This document shows positions 60,552 through 64,000 of a DNA stretch of 64,000 nt, piece by piece; position 1 is the first letter of the stretch, and each line of letters begins with the position of its first letter. The DNA lies in assembly GCA_963833985.1 (NCBI GenBank), contig CAWIAD010000002.1, positions 2,112,001-2,176,000 of the forward strand. Direction: 5' to 3'. The position numbers and the translations under genes are program-made. The DNA is from an uncultured Planctomycetaceae bacterium. Lineage in GTDB: Bacteria > Planctomycetota > Planctomycetia > Isosphaerales > Isosphaeraceae. The notes below the pieces were generated by a model, which was not told where the DNA came from, did not search any database, and was given only the letters and a program-made list of their open reading frames with translations.

Positions 60552-61883
60552 GTGCGAATTCTGCTCACAAGCTGCGCCCTGGCCGTATGCCTGCACGGAC
60601 CGCCGGGCATGAAAGCGAGCTCTGCCGTCGCGGAATCGCCATCCGGTATCGCCGGGTCAGAGACCGACGACCCGGAACTGGCTGAGTACAGGAAGGAGCT
60701 GGACGCGTTTCGAGCCGCATTCGGAGGCGTCCGATCGCTTCCGGACGTACCCTTCTTCCTCTTCGGTCTGGGAGCCAGGCCCAAGCTGATCTACAAGGCG
60801 GGCACGCTTGTGGGCTGGCCCGATGGCAAGGTGCTGCGGCGCTGGGCCATCAAAACCGAGCAGATCGTGCCCCCGGCGTGCCGCGTCCGTCTCACGACGA
60901 CCGAGGGCCGTGCCGTAATGATCGAGGAGGATGAGCGGGGTGTGTGGATCCAGGAGGCGGACCGACGGACGGTGGTTGGCGGCTCGACCTCAACGGTCCA
61001 CCTGCCGTCGTTCCAGGGCTATCCGTACCCCCGCGTGATGCGCGTGCTCCATCAGGAATTGCTCGTGAACGTGGTCGCCGGCAAGCCCGTTCCCTGCCTG
61101 TTCGTGTACTCCCGGCCGTGGTACCGCGATGGCGCCATGACGGCGATGTGCTTCAAGGCGACGGAGAACCTGGGACTCATCAGGGACTGGATCCTGGGCC
61201 TCTCCGACCCCTTCGACCGCAATAACAGCGGCGAGACCGAGGCCGACAACCCGGGAGAAGTCCTGTACCTGCTCTCGCTGGTCTCCGACCGGAACCACCC
61301 GCTGGTGCCCCGAGTGCTCGACGAGCTGGCACGGTTCGAGGTTCACCACGGTGCGGCCAGTCATATCCAGGGACGGACCGATTTCGCGGACCATCCTGTT
61401 TACCAGACGAGGTGGGCCAAGCTGGGCCTGAAGGCACTGGGCTTGCCGGACCCATACTCCGTGCCCCGCGTTCAGGACAGCTACGCTTCCTTGTTCTGGA
61501 TGGACGCGAACCACGACGCTCAGCGAGGCAGTGAAGCGGCCGACCGGGAGAAATACCCTTATCTGGGCTGGGCGGTGGACCATTATCGACGCGAGCGGAA
61601 AAGCCCGATCAGCAACCGCGATTACCCGCTCACCTGGGAGCGAGATGCAAGCCAGGCTCACTACGAGGGCATCAGGCTGGTCTCTGAAGTCCATGCTCAG
61701 CAGCGCATCGCCGCCCCCCACACCTGGCATGCGGCCGAGGTTTTGCTCTACTTGCTCGACCGCGCCCCGGTCTCACGCTCCGGTGCGGCCGTTCCTGAGC
61801 GCTCGGCCCGCGGCCACGTGACCGCCGTCCCGGTGAGTCTTCCTGAGGCCTCAGTGCCACACGTTGCGGGTCCATCCGAGTAA
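60552..61883 (+). CDS. Secreted hypothetical protein, possible (alpha/alpha)6 glycosidase-like
   Basis: Signal-peptide-like start; PWYRDGAM, EADN, HTWH. Confidence 0.7.
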   Translation: MRILLTSCALAVCLHGPPGMKASSAVAESPSGIAGSETDDPELAEYRKELDAFRAAFGGVRSLPDVPFFLFGLGARPKLIYKAGTLVGWPDGKVLRRWAIKTEQIVPPACRVRLTTTEGRAVMIEEDERGVWIQEADRRTVVGGSTSTVHLPSFQGYPYPRVMRVLHQELLVNVVAGKPVPCLFVYSRPWYRDGAMTAMCFKATENLGLIRDWILGLSDPFDRNNSGETEADNPGEVLYLLSLVSDRNHPLVPRVLDELARFEVHHGAASHIQGRTDFADHPVYQTRWAKLGLKALGLPDPYSVPRVQDSYASLFWMDANHDAQRGSEAADREKYPYLGWAVDHYRRERKSPISNRDYPLTWERDASQAHYEGIRLVSEVHAQQRIAAPHTWHAAEVLLYLLDRAPVSRSGAAVPERSARGHVTAVPVSLPEASVPHVAGPSE

Positions 61884-62120
61884 GCCCGGGAATCGCTGTG
61901 CCAGCGCACCCTGGAGATAGGCCCAGGACCACCAGAGCACCCAGGCCACCAGCAGCCAATCGCGAAGCGTGCCCGGCCGCCGGATGACGGGAATCACGCG
62001 TTCCGGGCCTGCTGGAGGGCGAGCCGTGGATGGCTCCGGTTCAAGCTGCGTTTCCGCGCCGCCGGAATTGCCCGGACAGGGGCTTGAGCCGCTTGCGAGA
62101 CTTGGGGAGGTTTTGCGCAC
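61851..62120 (-). CDS. Small membrane protein
   Basis: C-terminal hydrophobic DWLLVAWVLWWSWAY; downstream of the GT9 gene. Confidence 0.5.
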   Translation of the reverse strand: MRKTSPSLASGSSPCPGNSGGAETQLEPEPSTARPPAGPERVIPVIRRPGTLRDWLLVAWVLWWSWAYLQGALAQRFPGLLGWTRNVWH

Positions 62121-62149
62121 GATCGACGCTCCGGCGGCGGCCAGCGGCC

Positions 62150-63514
62150 TCAGATCGGGTTATGTGGAGACTGGAACTGGTGGAACCGCGCCCAGCAACG
62201 CATTGCCGCACGGAACACGCGGTCGGGCTCGATGCCGCTCATGCAGGGATGGTCGGCCAACGGACAGGTTTTCTGGTGGCACGGCTGGCATGGCACGCGG
62301 TGCCGGAGTATCAGTGAATGCCGCGACCAGGGACGCCATTGCCGGTGCAGGTTGGTGCCGCTGAAGAGGATGACCGAGAGCGTGCCCGCCGAGGCCGCGA
62401 GGTGCGAGGGGCCGGAATCAGCACCGATGAAGAGGTCCGCTCGCTCCAGCAAGGCCGTGGTCTGGGTGACGGTGAGCCGGCCCGTCCAGTCCCGGAGCCG
62501 CTCGTGGGCCGCGAACAGGTGCGCAGCGGGCGGGTCGTCTGGTCCGCCCACCACCACCACCCGCCAGCCGTCGTCAAGAAACCGCTGGATGAGCGTATTC
62601 CAGTGCTCCAGCGGCCAGCGCTTGGCGGCCGTGCCGGCACCCAGGTGCACCGCCAGGAGGGGCGCCAGCTCTCCAAAACGGCCGGCATGCAGGCCTTCGG
62701 GGTCATCGGCCCGGGACCACCGGGAGATGGTACCCAGGCCCGTCGCCTGGTGATCATGTGCTTCCCCGGCGCGGCGTCCTCGCGCGCCGGCGGGAACTTC
62801 CAATCGCCGGGGCATCCTGCGCGGCCAGGCCTCCGCCAGATGGCGAGACACGATCGCCCGGTCCGCGTCGGCGACCTGGACCTCGACTCGTGCCGGCAGC
62901 GCGCCGTCGGCGATACCCAGGGGAGCCAGCAGTGCCAGCCGCGCCCGGACCTCGTGGCGGCCGCGGACCCATTGCGCCACGTCGGTCAGCAGAAACGCCC
63001 CGCCCCCCATGGCCCAGCCCACTCGCCGCGGAATCCCGCCCAGGGCCAGCACCAGGACCGACAGGACATCGCCCCGGACATCGATTCCCAGGTCGTAACC
63101 AGCACTGCGCACCCAGCGGCCCAGCCGCCAGACCTCGCGGAGCAATCCCCAGCGATTGGGATGCCGCTCGAACCAGGTGCGATCGGCAATGTGCACGCGG
63201 CTGATATCCGAGTCGGCTTCGAACACCTCGTGATTGCTCGGCGAGGCCAGGACATCGATGACCGCCGCAGGATAGGCCGCCTTCAGCCTTGCGATGAGCG
63301 GACTGGTCAGTACCGAGTCGCCCAGGTGATCGAGCTGGATCACGAGGATGCGCCGGGGCTCGGTGACCTGCGGTACGCTCCGAACTGTGCGCCAGGCGGC
63401 CAGTGCCATCGCCCCGGCGGCATCCAGCGCGTGCACGAGGATCCGCCACCGCCACTTGCTGTAGCGATATCGTCCCGTGTTCACCGGCCTGGGGCTAGCG
63501 GGCGACCTGCTCAT
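62150..63514 (-). CDS. GT9 (heptosyltransferase-like) glycosyltransferase
   Basis: LGDSVL, AKRWP, IGADSGPSHLA, CQPC. Confidence 0.92.
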   Translation of the reverse strand: MSRSPASPRPVNTGRYRYSKWRWRILVHALDAAGAMALAAWRTVRSVPQVTEPRRILVIQLDHLGDSVLTSPLIARLKAAYPAAVIDVLASPSNHEVFEADSDISRVHIADRTWFERHPNRWGLLREVWRLGRWVRSAGYDLGIDVRGDVLSVLVLALGGIPRRVGWAMGGGAFLLTDVAQWVRGRHEVRARLALLAPLGIADGALPARVEVQVADADRAIVSRHLAEAWPRRMPRRLEVPAGARGRRAGEAHDHQATGLGTISRWSRADDPEGLHAGRFGELAPLLAVHLGAGTAAKRWPLEHWNTLIQRFLDDGWRVVVVGGPDDPPAAHLFAAHERLRDWTGRLTVTQTTALLERADLFIGADSGPSHLAASAGTLSVILFSGTNLHRQWRPWSRHSLILRHRVPCQPCHQKTCPLADHPCMSGIEPDRVFRAAMRCWARFHQFQSPHNPI

Positions 63515-64000
63515 AGACCTCCGCCGTTCTTGCCGCAACGCGCGGCCAAAGATAATGCGCAGCGACAAATCCCGCCAGACGAGGATCGGCTCCGTCGTTG
63601 TATGCATTGATGATTGAGCGCCTCATCTCATCGGGGCGGTCGGGCCGGGCGTAGACCGCACGGTCGCCAAAGTACTCCCGCGCCGAGCCGAACGGCGTGA
63701 TCACCACGGCGGTCCCGGCCAAGGCGGCCTCGAGCGCCGCGAGACCCGGCGTCTCGAACCAGCTTGGCAGGGCGAAGACCCGGGCGGCTGCGTAGGCCGA
63801 GGCCAGCAGCGGATCCTCATGGCCCATCGCCGCCAGCCAGAGGACCGCGTCGCCTCCTGCCGCCAGACATTGCGCGCGGTACTCACTGCATTCGGGCGGA
63901 GCGGCGCCGATGACCACCAGCCGCAGCCCCAAGGACCGGACCGCGGCGATCAGGCCCAGCAGGTTCTTGCGGGGCTCGACGCGGCCCACGAAGAGCACGA
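63495..64000 (-). CDS. GT4 glycosyltransferase, C-terminal part
   Basis: FVGRVEPRKN, LPSWFETPGLAALEA. Confidence 0.92.
   Translation of the reverse strand, partial: VLFVGRVEPRKNLLGLIAAVRSLGLRLVVIGAAPPECSEYRAQCLAAGGDAVLWLAAMGHEDPLLASAYAAARVFALPSWFETPGLAALEAALAGTAVVITPFGSAREYFGDRAVYARPDRPDEMRRSIINAYNDGADPRLAGFVAAHYLWPRVAARTAEVYEQVAR

Overview
Planctomycete-like DNA (probably Isosphaeraceae, inferred from the LEPLEARTLLS secretion motif and typical gene families). Bases 1-24015 are the right part of an integrative element inserted at the 3' end of tRNA-Ser(CGA). Its backbone carries a tyrosine integrase, Xis/AlpA/RHH genes and a DUF932 + PD-(D/E)XK module. Its cargo looks like a defence island: a DrmD-like SNF2 helicase (missed by the ORF track), a SIR2 protein with a bSEFIR-like C-terminus, several orphan nucleases, a DUF2971-like protein, a Zn-finger/HEPN gene between two dif-like sites, a WYL regulator plus an HTH-only paralogue with a recurring ACTGAC-N8-GTCAGT operator, and an unrecognised Zn-finger / four-repeat-protein operon. 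A hicBA module lies inside a 102-bp duplication between tadA and the tRNA. The remainder is core chromosome interrupted by two near-identical group II introns, both inserted in the loop of a REP-like palindrome. Copy 1 is itself invaded by a 2015-bp large serine recombinase element with perfectly palindromic ends and by an ISAs1 element. Several core genes carry small frameshifts, most likely sequencing or assembly errors. Family calls come from motif recognition only; no searches were run.
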